Shown here: positions 12,878 through 25,845 of the stretch, in pieces
Numbering within the stretch: the stretch's first letter is position 1
Layout: each line of letters opens with the position of its first letter
The notes under the pieces: generated by a model
Told to the model about the DNA's origin: nothing
The model's input: the letters and a program-made list of their open reading frames with translations, nothing else
The model's database searches: none
Program-made: the position numbers and the translations under genes
Origin: Eledone cirrhosa
Taxonomy: Eukaryota
Length of the DNA: 64,000 nucleotides
Assembly (NCBI GenBank): GCA_964016885.1
Contig: OZ024741.1
Span: forward strand, 180,358,001 to 180,422,000
Direction of reading: 5' to 3'

Positions 12878-13385
12878 TCTTAACTATAATAAAGAAAGGA
12901 GTGCAGGATTGCGTCCAGAATATATTTTTTTACCCCGTTTGTAAAATAAGTTGGATTACTTTGAATAAATAATGAATGAATATTACATAATTTATGTACT
13001 AAATTTCGTGGCTGTTGATTAAATATATTTTATAGCTTATTTAAAAACCATTAAAATTCACTTCTTTAAAATTTTCAAATGTTAACACTTCCGGTTAGCG
13101 GCCGTAATATTATAACACTTATAAAAATATTGCATATATTTCCGTCGCTAATTTTCTCCTAATGCAGTTTATATATAATATCGTCATTTTTTAAATGTAT
13201 TATGGATTACATTACTGATTACATAAGACAGTGTAACATAGACTTCATTCAATTTCTGTGTATATTGTCAATTACGATTTTATTTGATGTATCATATCTA
13301 CATGCATATATATTTGTGTATAATATTAATATACACACTACACATGTGAGCAGAAAACAGCTCCGTAGGGTGGTTTTTCTGCTAG
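12878..13385 (+). mobile_element. non-autonomous Helitron-like element (second copy 37908-38504 -, carrying a SINE insert at about 38303-38412)
   Basis: A|TCttaactataataaag...hairpin...CTAG|T; two homologous copies share both ends. Confidence 0.78.
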
Positions 13386-13530
13386 TAGTGATAATTCAGC
13401 CATTATTACACACACATACAACCTCTCCAATGTACCAATACCATTATTTAACAAAGATTTTGAGGGGGCTTCTGTTTAGCTGCTCTATCTGCTAGAAATG
13501 GTAGTAAAAATCTCACTCAAATTACACCCC

Positions 13531-13982
13531 TTCTTTTCTTCTTTCTCTTGCTCAACAAGGCTAGGGTCATCCTAAGCCAGCGAACCGAAAGCATCATTGT
13601 GCGTAGAGCCGACCAGGTCCACCAGTGCCCTCCATCACTGGTGGTCCCATGCCAACTCCTCTGCATCCTCCAAGGTGATGTTGAGTCCCCGGAGATCTTC
13701 CCTGATGATATCCAGCTATTTGGTGTGGGACTTGCCACAAAACCTCTTCCAGCCTCAAGCCACTGCGTTGAATGAGAGTAAGGCCTTGGTAGGATGACCT
13801 GGTGGAAAGTAGAGGACAAGTCCTGTCATTCCAGATGAAGTCCAAGCCGCCCTGAAGAAGCTCAAAAACCACAAAGCCCCTGGAATCTGTACTATCACCA
13901 TGGAGATGTTGAAGGCAGATGGAGATAACATGATCCAGTGATTCACCCATATCATCAACCATGTATGGGTGTCAGAGTGGCT
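13531..13982 (-). mobile_element. RTE insertion with 5' inversion
   Basis: 15-bp TSD ctcaaattacacccc (13516-30, 13983-97). The RTE C-terminus is on the minus strand and the RT N-terminal piece is on the plus strand. Confidence 0.85.
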
Positions 13983-15404
13983 CTCAAATTACACCCCACC
14001 ATCTTTTAAAAAAACCCATACATTGTATGATGTAATCCTAAATGTACTAATTAGGGAAAAAAATGATATGATGGCTAGAATGGCTTTGATTCTAGGTCTG
14101 CTAAAACATGACTAACTTATGACTCAACTGCATTGAAGGCATGATATTAAACCTATCAAACTATGTTGATAAACAACTGCTTTATCTAAAATAATTGTTT
14201 CTGAGATAGGCACAAGGCTAACAATTTGTTGGGGAGAGAAGGTCAATTAAATCAATACCAATATTTGATTAGTATTTTATTTTATCAATCCCAGAAGGAT
14301 GAAAGGAAAAGTTAACTTCAGCAGGATTTGAACTCAAAACATTAAGAGCTGAACCAAATACTTACAAAGCAATTTATTCAGTACTCTAACAATTTTGTTA
14401 ATCTACCACTCTAATAAATAATAAAAATAATAATAATTGTTTCTACTTTTGGCACAAGGCCAGCAATCGTACTTTATTTTATCGACCCTGTAAGGATGAA
14501 AGGCAAAGTTAACCTTGGTAGGATTTGAACTCAGAATGTAAAGGGCCATAACCTTATGCCATTAAGTATGTTGTCCAACTCTACCGATTCTGCCAATCCA
14601 CTCCCCTTATAATAAAAATAATAATAATTGTTTCTACTTTTGGCACAAGGCCAGCAATTACCCAGTACATTACTGGTACTTTATTTTATCGACCCCATAA
14701 GGATGAAAGGCAAAGTTAACCTCAGCGGGATTTGAACTCAGATCGTAAAGGGACGTAACTACGCTGGAAAGCATGTCTGAACCTCTACCAATACTGCCAA
14801 TTCACCTGGTTTCTGATTAGGCAAATACCAGAAATTTTGGGGACGGAAAAATCGATTAAATCGACCCCATTACTAGTACTTTATTTTATCGACCCTGTAA
14901 GGATGAATAAAAAAGATAACTGTGGAGGGATTTGAGCTCAGAACGTAAAGGGCTGTAACTTTAAGCTGCAAAGCAGGATGTACGACGCTCTACAGATACT
15001 GCCAATCCACTGGCCTCAATAATAATAATAATTGTTTCTAATTTAGACACAAGGCCAGCAATTTGTTAGGAGGGGAAAATCAATTAAATTGACACCAGTA
15101 CTTGATTGGTATTTCATTTTATCAATCCTAGAAAGATGAAAGGCAAAGTTGACCTTGGCAGGATTTGAACTTTGAATGTTATGATTCTGTCAATATTAGT
15201 ATTTAGTTACCAAGGCAGGGTTTAACCTACCATCAACCATCACCTATACTAACAACTTAATGAATACCTCAGGATATAACCCTTTTGTTACCAACCCACA
15301 TAAAAATGCCCCTAGTTTATGACTTTGGCAAGATTTGAACTCAGAATCAAATTAAATGCTCCTTAGCCAATTCTCCTGTTTTGTAATGAAAGACTTTGTT
15401 TTAA

Positions 15405-15601
15405 CCCTTTCATTACTAGATTTCTAATGAATTCTTTGAATTTTGATTATTTAATGAAGAATTTGGGAAGGATTTACTAAAATTATAATTTCATTAAGTT
15501 GGTATTTTTAACATAACAATGTTCTTATATAAAATTATTTTGGAAAATTTTAATTTATGTAAAAACCCTTTAAATGTGTGGGAGGATTAGTATCAAGAGG
15601 G
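15405..15601. mobile_element. TTAA-flanked (piggyBac-type) MITE
   Basis: ttaa|ccctttcattacta...tagtatcaagaggg|ttaa. Confidence 0.6.
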
Positions 15602-15664
15602 TTAAAGTGTTCATATTTATATTTAAACCTTCCATCATAATTTTATGTAAGAACCTTTTCTTAA

Positions 15665-15878
15665 CCCTTTAGCATTTAAACCGGCCGTATCTGGCCAGAA
15701 TTCTCTCATTTCTTTCTGTTTAAACTGGCCATACTGTCCCCCCTCACCCCATACTGACTTTAAGGTATTGTTCTCAAAATAAATAATATCAAAATCTCAT
15801 AGATTCGATATTATGTGAGATAAAGCCTTTACCGTGAAAATACAATAGTAATTATAGAGTAATGTAAATGCTAAAGGG
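15665..15878. mobile_element. TTAA-flanked (piggyBac-type) MITE
   Basis: ttaa|ccctttagcattta...taaatgctaaaggg|ttaa with perfect 14-bp TIRs. Confidence 0.75.
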
Positions 15879-16411
15879 TTAAGTCATGTTGCAAACACCA
15901 TCTTGATAATGAGAAAATTAGTCATATTAAATCCCTCCAAGTGTTTTATTATTTAAAAAATTAATTGAGAACAGATAGCCAATATATTTCATTTGATACA
16001 TGGTAATAAAATGATTAAAATATTAGCCATAAACAATCAACATTTAAGGGCTGTATTATGGCACCAGCACTACATTGTATACAAATTAAACAGGAATCAT
16101 GGCATATTGAAAGGTGAAGGAACATTAATTGTGATCAAAACATAGATTGAATATCAATTAAATATTATTGAATATCATTGTGGCTAGTGATAATCTCTCA
16201 CAAGATTGATGTAGGAAATGAAAAAAGAAAAACAAACAAAAAATAAGGAGAATATATGGAGCCAATCTAAAAATGGCAAAATTAAAAAATGTTGATATAA
16301 TTCAAACTCGTATTGAAGAGGTATTTTTTAAGGTAAAATTATTGTTGCTTATATGCTAATATAAATGGTATTCTAATGACATTTCAAAATTCTCTAAATG
16401 ATATTTTCCAG

Positions 16412-16519
16412 AGGGCATTGCACAATCCAAACAAGTATGCCGTGTGAAAAAGAAAATTAATTATTCAGCTGCTGATACATATATTAAGGCTGTACTTTCA
16501 AATCTTCCAGATATTTCAA
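16412..16519 (+). CDS. METTL25-family exon (not in ORF track)
   Basis: ttccAG acceptor, GTaaat donor. Encodes GIAQSKQVCRVKKKINYSAADTYIKAVLSNLPDIS; phase-compatible. Confidence 0.78.
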
Positions 16520-16637
16520 GTAAATTTTTAATTTCTACTATATATTTTCTCTCTCTCTCTCTTTATATATATATATATATATAGTTGAAAAAGGAGTAAA
16601 GTTCCATACAAAACAAAGGTTATAGTTAAAAAGTGAC

Positions 16638-16942
16638 AGTGAAAATGCACAGAAGTATATTTAAAGATTTTTCTCTCTTTAATCTGACAGAATGAATCAT
16701 TTTATAATTGTTGCATCAAATATAACCGGCTTCGATTGATATAACAATCTTATTAGATATTAAATATTTAAGAAATGATTTTTCATGAAGCAGTTTGAAT
16801 AAAAAATATTTCTTAAACATTTAATATTTGATAAGATTGTTATACTAATTGAAACCAGTTATATTTTATGTAACAATTATAAAGTTATTTATTCTGTCAG
16901 ATTAAAGAAAAAATAATCTTTAAACTTCTGTGCATTTTCACT
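16638..16942. repeat. diverged ~305-bp palindrome with decayed hammerhead in each arm
   Basis: agtgaaaatgcacagaagt...acttctgtgcattttcact; arms pair throughout; (TA)n on both sides. Confidence 0.85.
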
Positions 16943-17799
16943 TATACATTATATATATATATATACACACACACATATAGTCCTATACGAGCGAGACACG
17001 GTCACTCAATCAATCTTGCCTCAGTGTGACAATTCCCGTCTAACCCATGCTAGTGTATATATATATTTTATTTTATTTTTTCTTCTCTTATTCTTTTATT
17101 GGTTTCAGTTATTAAACTGCAACCATGTTGGGACACGATCCTTAAAGAGATTTAATCAATCATATTGACCTTAGTACTTATTTTTGTCAAGTCTGATGTT
17201 TATTTCATTAATTTCAAACTGCAATGTCACATGGTATAAGCAAACAGTAAATGACATGCTCACACTCACACATACATACACACCCATGCACACACACACA
17301 TACATGCCCATACACACACATGGGCATACATATGCACACAAGTACAAACATGCACAGGCATACACATGCACTTGCACACACACACCAAATGAACTTTTTT
17401 ACAAACAAATAATAACTTCTAACATGTTATTTTATAGAATTTGAAAGATTTATCCTTATACTGTCTCTTGCACTTCTTACTCCTTCATAGATCTCACCAA
17501 TGTATACAGGTGTTTTGAGGCTAAAGTGTTTCCCTGTTAAAGCAAGAGTTAGCTTTGCAGACCCCATGGCAGGCTTCATATTCATCATGGGATCATTTTG
17601 AGGCAATGTTTTACAGCTGTATGCTAGTCCTGACACCTTTTAGCCAGCTGTAACAATATACTGTGATAAAATTTGAGCAATTGATAACTATGCCTAGTTT
17701 TAAAAAATCACTAATCCAATAATCCATGTGTACACTAACTTTCTATAGTCAGGAGTCTATCTTTCATTGAATTTCTTTTCTTATTTTATGAAATTTCAG

Positions 17800-17885
17800 A
17801 AGATCGTGCTGATTACCTTAGCGGGGAGTTCCTTCAGTTATTCACAGACAACCAAACTAATTTCCAGTTTATAGAACCAATAACA
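17800..17885 (+). CDS. METTL25-family exon (not in ORF track)
   Basis: tttcAG acceptor, GTaag donor. Encodes DRADYLSGEFLQLFTDNQTNFQFIEPIT; phase 1 in, phase 0 out. Confidence 0.8.
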
Positions 17886-18509
17886 GTAAGTTCTCTACTA
17901 TCCTTTAGAAATAACTCTAAATAAATTCTTTCTTAATTGTTATTTGGGAGATCTGGAGGAAGGGGAAATGCTCATGGCCTTTTGACAGGCCCTCTAAGAC
18001 CAGCAATGATGCTGTTTGATGTTCCACTTACTGTTGCAAGGAAGGATATAAATCAGAGAGACAACATTCTGGGCAGCAGAGACTGGTCAATGGTTATTGT
18101 GAGGTTGGGAGACATGGGTGGTGAGAAGAGCAGAGACAAGTGAGTCAGATGTGTCTGAGGGAAGGCAGCATGGGACCAATCAGCTCCAAGAATCAGAGAC
18201 CAGTGTAGTAGCAGTGGAAGAGACAGCTCATGAGTTAAAAGTTCTTGAGTGGTGGGGGTGTATAAGACTAAGCAGCTTCAAGGAACAGAGACCATTGTAT
18301 TAATGATCGAAGAAGCAGCAAATTTGTGGGTAGGATGCTGGAGTGTGTCTATGAGTAATTTTATGCCAATTATTCAAGTGGCTCTATTCTGGATGCAATC
18401 TAAGATGCCAGCGTAAGCAACAGTGCTACCATTTCAGATGTGTTACATATTTATATATTGAGTAGGATGGAAGGCATCAAATATTTATAGGTGTTGTACC
18501 ACCAATCTC

Positions 18510-19357
18510 TGGGAGGGCTCTGTAGAGACAGTAGACAGCTTCTGCTACCTAGGTGACTGAATTAGCAGCAGAGGTGGGTGTTCAGAAAGTACAATAACTA
18601 GGGTAAGAACGGGATGGAAGAAGTTCAGGGAACTACTACCACTGCTAGCTCAAAAGGCTTCTCCCTCAGAATGAAAGGCAGATTGTATGATGCGTGTATC
18701 CGAACAGCAATGTTACATGGTAGTGAGACCTGGGCGCTGAAGGTGGAAGACTTACGTAGATTAGAGAGAAACGAAGCCTGCATGCTCCGATGGATGTGTA
18801 ATAGTAATATACGCAAACGACAAAGCATAAATGAATTGAGAAAGAGACTGAGCATAAGAGGAATCAAATGCTGTATGCAGGAGAGGCGGTTGCGTTAGTA
18901 TGGACATGTGATGCGTATGAAGGATGACAGCTGCATAAAAAGGTGCAGAGCACTAGAAGTCGATGGAAACCGATACCTCTCAAAGGCGGTGACACACGAC
19001 TGTGACCTCTGGCGTCACGCAGTAATACAGAGTACCCGACCTCCCATGGGTACAAGCTGAATCATATAGACAATATGCCCCCACACCACCCACTGCAAGG
19101 TGGTCGTGGAAGTGCTACGGCAAAAAAGCACCCAGCCCACACTGTAAAGTGGACGTGTAGGCGCCACGAAAAAGCACCCAGCACTCACTGTAAATGAGGT
19201 TGGTGTTAGGAAGGGCATCCAGCTGTAGAAATCAAGCCAAATCAGTTCCTGTATGAGCAAGGCATGGTCAGCCGATCAGACACTGCCCACAACAGGACAA
19301 CCCGTCTAACCCATGCTAGCGTGGAAGAACGGACGCAAAACGGTGATGATGATGATG
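18510..19357 (+). mobile_element. RTE LINE 3' fragment with SINE-like tail
   Basis: Encodes [28 protein letters not shown] and ERRLR; ends in (gat)n. Confidence 0.8.
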
Positions 19358-19372
19358 TTGTGGTAAAGCATA

Positions 19373-20660
19373 CGAGGTGGTATCAAAATGTTTCCGGACT
19401 AGTTCTGTAGCACACCAACAGATGGCAACACACAGTTGTGCGCATAGTGAAAGCTAGCAGTGACCTTCATGTGCCAGTGTGCCAAATGATATTGTTGTGT
19501 TCACTTCGCAAGTTGTGAAATTTGTGTTTTTGTGATCACATGTATGCTGTAGCCTGTGATTTTGTCATGAACAGGAAGTTGGAACAAAGAGCCGATGTGA
19601 AATTTTGCATTCAACTTGGGAAGTCTGGTACAGAGACATTGAGCAGGCTTCGGCAAGTTTACGGTGACAAGACAATGGGTCGAATGCAATATTTCAAGTG
19701 TCATGGGCACTTCAAAAGAAGAAGAACATCCTTGGAAGATGACAAGCAATCTAGAAGACCTGCCACAAGTGTCAACCCCAGAAATGTGGAAAAAATTAAT
19801 CAGCTTGTGCATGAGAATCATAGGAGGACAATCAACGCTATTGCTGATGTTGTCTGTGCAGGCAATCCTAACATCTGAATTGAATATGCTGCATGTCACT
19901 ACCAAGTTTGTCCCCCACCTGCTGACCACTGATCAGAAAAAAACTTTGTGTCATAGTCTGTCAAGATCTCTGTCAGCGTGCCACTGATGACCCATTCTTC
20001 ATGTCAAGGATCATCTCTGGTGATGAGGGTTGGGTATATGGGTACAACCCTAAGGTGAAGCAGCAGTCAACACAGTGGAAAAGTCCTTCATCTCCACAAC
20101 TGAAGAAGGCTCGACAGAGCCATAGATCAATGAAGAGCATGTTCAGCATCTTTTTCGACATCCACACTATTGTGCATTGAGAATTCATCCCCCAGGGACA
20201 GACTGTCACTCAACAGTTCTACAGCAACGTTTTGAGGGTGGACGTTCAGCAAAAGCGACCAGATCTGTGGAGCACAAAGAATTGGATTCTTCATGAAGAC
20301 AATGCACCCTGTCACCGAGCTCTCCTCACATGTGAGTTTCTCAACAAAAACAACATCATATCACTTCTGCACTTGTCCTGTTCGCCAGATTAGCACCTGC
20401 GGACATCCATCTCTTCTTCAAGCAGAAAATGCAGCTGAAAGGTCACCATTTTAACATCATTGCTGAGATTCCGAGCAAATCACAGAAGGTCCTCAACTTG
20501 CTTACGGAAAACGGCTTCTAGGCCGGATTCCAAAAGTCGCAGGAATGCTGGGATCAGTGTATTGCTGCACAAGGTGACTATTTTGAATGAGATGATGTTA
20601 AAACTTAGGTTAAATATTAGTTTTTTTTAAACATAGTCCGGGAACTTTTTAGAACCCTAG
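19373..20660 (+). mobile_element. mariner-type DNA transposon, full length, decayed
   Basis: TA then TIR cgaggtggtatcaaaatgtttccggacta, with tagtccgggaactttt at the right end. Remnants EQRADVKFC, GDEGWVYGYNP, EFIPQGQTV and LHEDNAPCH. Confidence 0.88.
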
Positions 20661-21016
20661 GTTAAACTATTTAGTATAATATATCAGAATAAGAACCATA
20701 ACTAATCCTTTTGATATGAAACTACCTGAAACTGCCCCTGCTTTTATGATAGAAAACTGTTTATTTTATCTGTTTATTTTAACTGTTTATTTATCTAAAA
20801 ATCTTCCATCATAATTTTATGTAAGAATATTTAAGTTATGCTTCAAATACTTGCTTAATTCTGAGAATATTAGTCATTTTATTGATTATTTGAAAAATCA
20901 TAGTCACTGTGTTTCATTAGAAGTGCAGTCATAAAAGAGTTAAGAAATACTAGTATATGTGTTATGATAGTATTTCTTTCTAAACCTTGTCCTTTCCTCT
21001 TCTTTTTACTCTCCAG

Positions 21017-21172
21017 TGCTTGCAGGTTTTGTTACAGCCAGTTCTAGAAACCTTGATCCACTATGACCGTCTGGCCTTTCTACAAGAAAATGGATGCCGA
21101 GCATATTTAATACCATTGTTTAATGAACAGATATCTCCACGGAATATCATAATTGTTGCAGAGAAGCAATGA
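21017..21172 (+). CDS. METTL25-family terminal coding exon
   Basis: Polypyrimidine tract and ctccAG acceptor. Encodes CLQVLLQPVLETLIHYDRLAFLQENG...PLFNEQISPRNIIIVAEKQ*, the conserved ETLI..DRL..L.E...F...SPRN C-terminus. Confidence 0.92.
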   Translation, partial: CLQVLLQPVLETLIHYDRLAFLQENGCRAYLIPLFNEQISPRNIIIVAEKQ

Positions 21173-23123
21173 AAGTATACCCAAGTCTTTATCCACAACA
21201 TTTGGGTCTCATAGAACTAACTAAGCAGTGAGTCAACAAATTGGCAGAGTTATTAGAACATAAAACAAAATGCTTTGCAATATTTATTCCAGCTCGGGAT
21301 TGGTAGTATCGGTGGCGCTCTGGACAAAATGCTTTATGGCATAGGGTTACGGCCCTTTATGATCTAAGTTCAAATCTTGCCAAGGTTAGCTTTGCCTTTC
21401 ATCCTTAAGGGGTCAATAAATTAAAGTACCAGTAATGCACTGGGGTCGATTTAATCAACTTTCCCCTCCCCCCCCAAATTGTTGGCCTTGTGCCTAAATC
21501 AGAAACTAATATCTATTCTGGCCCTCTGCTCTCTGGATTCAAATCCTGCTGAGGTCAATAAAATAAAGTACTAGTCCAGGGTAGTGGATTAGCAGAATTG
21601 CCACAGCTCCAGAAAAGATGGGCTGCCTTATGATATTTGTTCCATATCTTTGTGTTCTGATTTCAAATACTACTATGGCCCTGTTGGGTAATAGATTTAA
21701 TCCACTACCCAGTTTAACAATACCACCTGGTCCTTGAGTGTCTTTAGCAGAGCCCACTTTATTCCAGAGTCGTTAGAACGTCGGGTAGAATGCTTTATGG
21801 TATTTGTTCCGGCTCTCTATTCTCTGAGTTCAAATCCCGCCGAGGTCAACTTTGCCTTTCATTTTCGAGGTCGATAAAAAAGTATCTGTCTAGAACTGAG
21901 GTCGATTCTTCCTCTCTCTGGAAGAAATCTGCTGTACTCAGGCCTGGAGAGGGGTGGGCTCCGCCAGGCTTAAAATGCATAAGAAATGCTGTATGTCTAT
22001 ACAGCGCCCCGACAACTCTATCAGGAGTTATGGGACCATACATTCATACTCTATTGCAAGCATTCAGGCCTGGTCTCCAGTTTCAGAATGTCTTTCTCTG
22101 TCTCAGAATTTCATAGCCCCCATGCTTTGAACCAGTCAGGTATGGCAATTGAGTTTGGACCTAATTGTGTAATGTTTCTATAAGCAGATAGCCTGTTGGT
22201 GCCTGTCTCCTTCCTAGATATAGTTGTTGGATCGCTGGGAGAAGAAGTGCCAGGAAATCCCAGTGGAAGGAAGCTGCAGTAGAGGTAGACCTGGGCAGCG
22301 GTGGTGAGAGCTGATCTCAAATCGCTGAGACTCACAGAGGAGTTAATGAAGAAATCCAGAGAGTGGAGAGAACTCGTCCAACCTATGCTAACATGAAAAA
22401 ACAAATGTAAAAATGATGATGATGATGATTTCTTTGTGAGAAACTCTTCCATCTTTTGACTGAATAACAAATGTTAAACAGCTCACTAAATCAATTACCA
22501 AACCAACAAATACTAGAACAGACAAATTCTATTTCATGATGGTCACTAGTGAAGTGGGTTCAAATACCACCGAAGTCAACATTGCCTTTCAGTACAGGGG
22601 TCAATTCTTCTTTTGTATCTCTTTCTCACTTCCTCTCTCTCACTCTCACTCCTTCTGTGGAAGAAATCGTCTGTGTTCAGACCTGGAGAGAGATGGACTC
22701 AGCCTGGTTTAAAAGATCACAACAGCACTCCTACAACTCTCCCAGGAATTAAGGTTCCTTATATACATACACTATTGAAAATGATGGCATCATCAGGCCT
22801 CAGACAGCTGTTCTCCTCTACCAAATTTGAATGAAGATATCTCTGCTGGGGAAGGAGCCACATGATATGGAATGGTTGATGGCTGATGGTGCAGCACTGA
22901 CAATACTTTGTGGGACACTTTTGACACCTTTTCTGTGGAGACATTTTTTTACTTTTTACATCCATTACCGTTTATATTTTTACCCTTTATATCTCAACCA
23001 TATACCCACCCTTTAAACCTAAAACTACTTTACTCCCCCACCCCCTACAAATCCACCAATAAGTGTATATAAACAGATCTCAGGACCTCTGTCAACAGTT
23101 TTGATGTCTTTGCACATATAAGC

Positions 23124-23193
23124 TTACATATCTGATGAGATGTCAAAAGATGCGCCCTGAGTTGATCGATATCGAAACGATTGTAATATGCAA
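23124..23193 (+). ncRNA. minimal type-I hammerhead ribozyme
   Basis: ttacatat CTGATGA gatgtc...gatatc GAAA cgattg TA atatgcaa, followed by AATAAA. Predicted GUA cleavage after 23185. Confidence 0.78.
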
Positions 23194-24214
23194 ATAAAGT
23201 TTGTACATATGTTACATCACTGACTTCTACTCTTTAATTCTATTTACACTCTGCACACTACAGCCGTAGCACTAGAATACAACCCAAATGAAACAGACCT
23301 CATAACAGCATTGAATGCTTCGAACAGGGGCACCGCCTGTAACTGTTGCTACACACCTAACTAACATATATATATATATATATATGTATATATCATCATC
23401 ATCATCATCGTTTAACGTCTTATCTTCCACGCTAGGGTTAGATGGGAATTGTCCCACTTGAGGCAAGATTGGTCGGGTGACCGTGTCTCACTATCTGGCA
23501 GGTTTTCTACGGCTGGATGCCCTTACTAACACCAACCACATTACAGCGTGGACTGTGTGTTTTTTTTTTGTTGTGACACCTACACAACCTCATTAGTTTG
23601 GACTGGATGTTGTGGTACCAATATAACTTTACAGAGAAAGGGTGGTGTTGGTGAGAGTGGGAGGATGGAGTAGGGGTAGTGGGTTGGGTGTATATTTGGT
23701 TAGGAGGTGCCTACTGACTGTAGGTTTCGCTTTGTACATAGGCAAGGCGGGTCTTCTGTATTACTGCGTAGCGCCAAAGATCTCAGTCCAGTAACAATGT
23801 CTTAGAGAGGTGTAAGTGTGTAAGGTCGGAATTTATCAAATTGTCCCAGGTTTTTCTGGGTCTGCCTACTCTGTAACTTTCATCAATTTTATAATGGAGG
23901 TACATGGCTTAGTGGTTAGAGCGTTGGCCTTGCAATCGAAAGGTTGTGAGTTCAATTCTCAGACCGGGTGATGTGTTGTTTCCTTGAGCAAGGCACTTTA
24001 TTTCACATTGCTCCAGTTTACTCAGCTGTAGAAATGAGATGATAGGGACTGTAAATGAGGTTGGTGTTAGGAAGGACATGCAGCTGTAGAAATCAAGCCA
24101 GAATCAGTTCCCGTCCCACCCTTGCAAGCAGGGAAAAGTGGACGTAAAATGAAAAAAAAATATATATATATATATACATATATATACGTATATATATATA
24201 TATATATATATATA

Positions 24215-25845
24215 TCATCATCATCATCATCATTTTGTGTCCGCTTTTTCCTGCTTGCAAGGGTGAGACGGGTCCTATTCAGCACAGCATCTCTCCACTT
24301 TTCAAGGACCTTCGTCATCTCCTCCGTGAGCTTCAGCGATCTGAGGTCTGCTCTCACCACCTCCACCCATGTTTTTCGTGGTCTTCCTCTATTGCATCTT
24401 CCTTCTACTAGGATTTCTTCGCACTTCTTTAGCCAGTGGTCATCCTCCATGCGCATCACATGTCCATACCAACTCAGTCTTCTCTCCCGCACACCACAGC
24501 TTATCCCTCTTATAGAGAGTTTCTCTCTCAACTCATCTATGCTTGGTCATTCACGCAGCATCGCGCATCTCACACAGGCATCATATAACCGGCCTTTCGT
24601 ATGCAGGGAGAAACCCTTCTTTGTCTACAGAGGAAGCTGCTCCTTAAACTTCTTCCAACCCGTCTTTATTCTAGATACTATGGCCTCGGAACACCCCCTC
24701 CCCTCCCATGCTAATCTGATCACCTAAATACCGGAAGCCATCAATCACTTCTATAGAACCCACCTGCATTTGAAAAATGTGTCTATCACTGCCATTACTA
24801 CTGTCAAGTTTCCTTGTACATCTACTGCATACGTAGTTCTCCCTACCTGTTAGTTTGCCTGCTATCCTACTACATCTCTTATGTACCCAAGACCCGTATT
24901 GTGTTCAATTTATAGAATTTATGCCAGTTCCTTTTCTGCATATCGAACATGGCCATTTCCCTGATGGAATCAGAGTTTTGTCCTCTTTTCTACTCATCAA
25001 CACTTTTGTCTTAGCTAGGTTCGCTCTCAGTCCTCTTGATTCCAACTGCTGTTTCCATAGCCAGAATTTATTCTCTAGCTCCTCTACTGATTCTGCTATA
25101 AGAACCATGTCGTCAGAAAAGAGAAGTTCCCATGGGCAGCCAGTCTTAAACTCCACTGTTATGGCTTGGAGGACTATAATGAACAAGAGCGGGCTGAGGA
25201 CCGACCTCTGATGAACTCCTACTTGTATCAGATGTACTCCTACTCACTAAACTCCATTCCTACCCTCACTTTACTGACAGCACCTCTGTACATAGCTTGC
25301 ACTGTCCTCACAAGCCATTCCTCTACACCTAGCTTCCTTAGGGACCACCAGATGACAGATAGGGGTACCCTATCAAAGGCCTTCTCTAGGTCAACAAAAG
25401 CTAAGTATAGTGGCTTATTCTTCTCTAAGAACCTCTCTTGTAATTGTCTCACTAAGAAGAAGGCATCTGTTGTACTTTTCGCAGGCACAAAACCAAACTG
25501 CATCTCATCTAGTTTGACCCTTTCTCTAATTAGTTGCGTTAATATCCTTTCTGCCACTTTCATAACCTGATCCATCAGTTTTATGCCCCTATAATTGCTC
25601 CTCTCCAGAGCATCCCCTTTACCTTTGTAGCAATTTATGAGAATACTGCTGCACCAGTCTTTGGGTATGACACCGCCATATATAGCCTGATTGATGATGA
25701 ATGCAACCAGTTTAGTGCCTATGTCCCCTGATGCCTTCAGCATCTCAGCAACTATCCCCGACGGTCCAGCGGCCTTACCATTTTTCATTTCCTTAATCGC
25801 CTCTTGGACCCTATATTTTCGTCAATCTCAATAGCTGGTCCATGC
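24215..25845 (-). mobile_element. RTE LINE, 5'-truncated, broken RT
   Basis: Encodes KAAGPSG..., NYRGIKL, QFGF, FVDLEKAFDRV, LLFSDDMVL and RRLSWYGHV; (gat)n tail. Confidence 0.92.
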
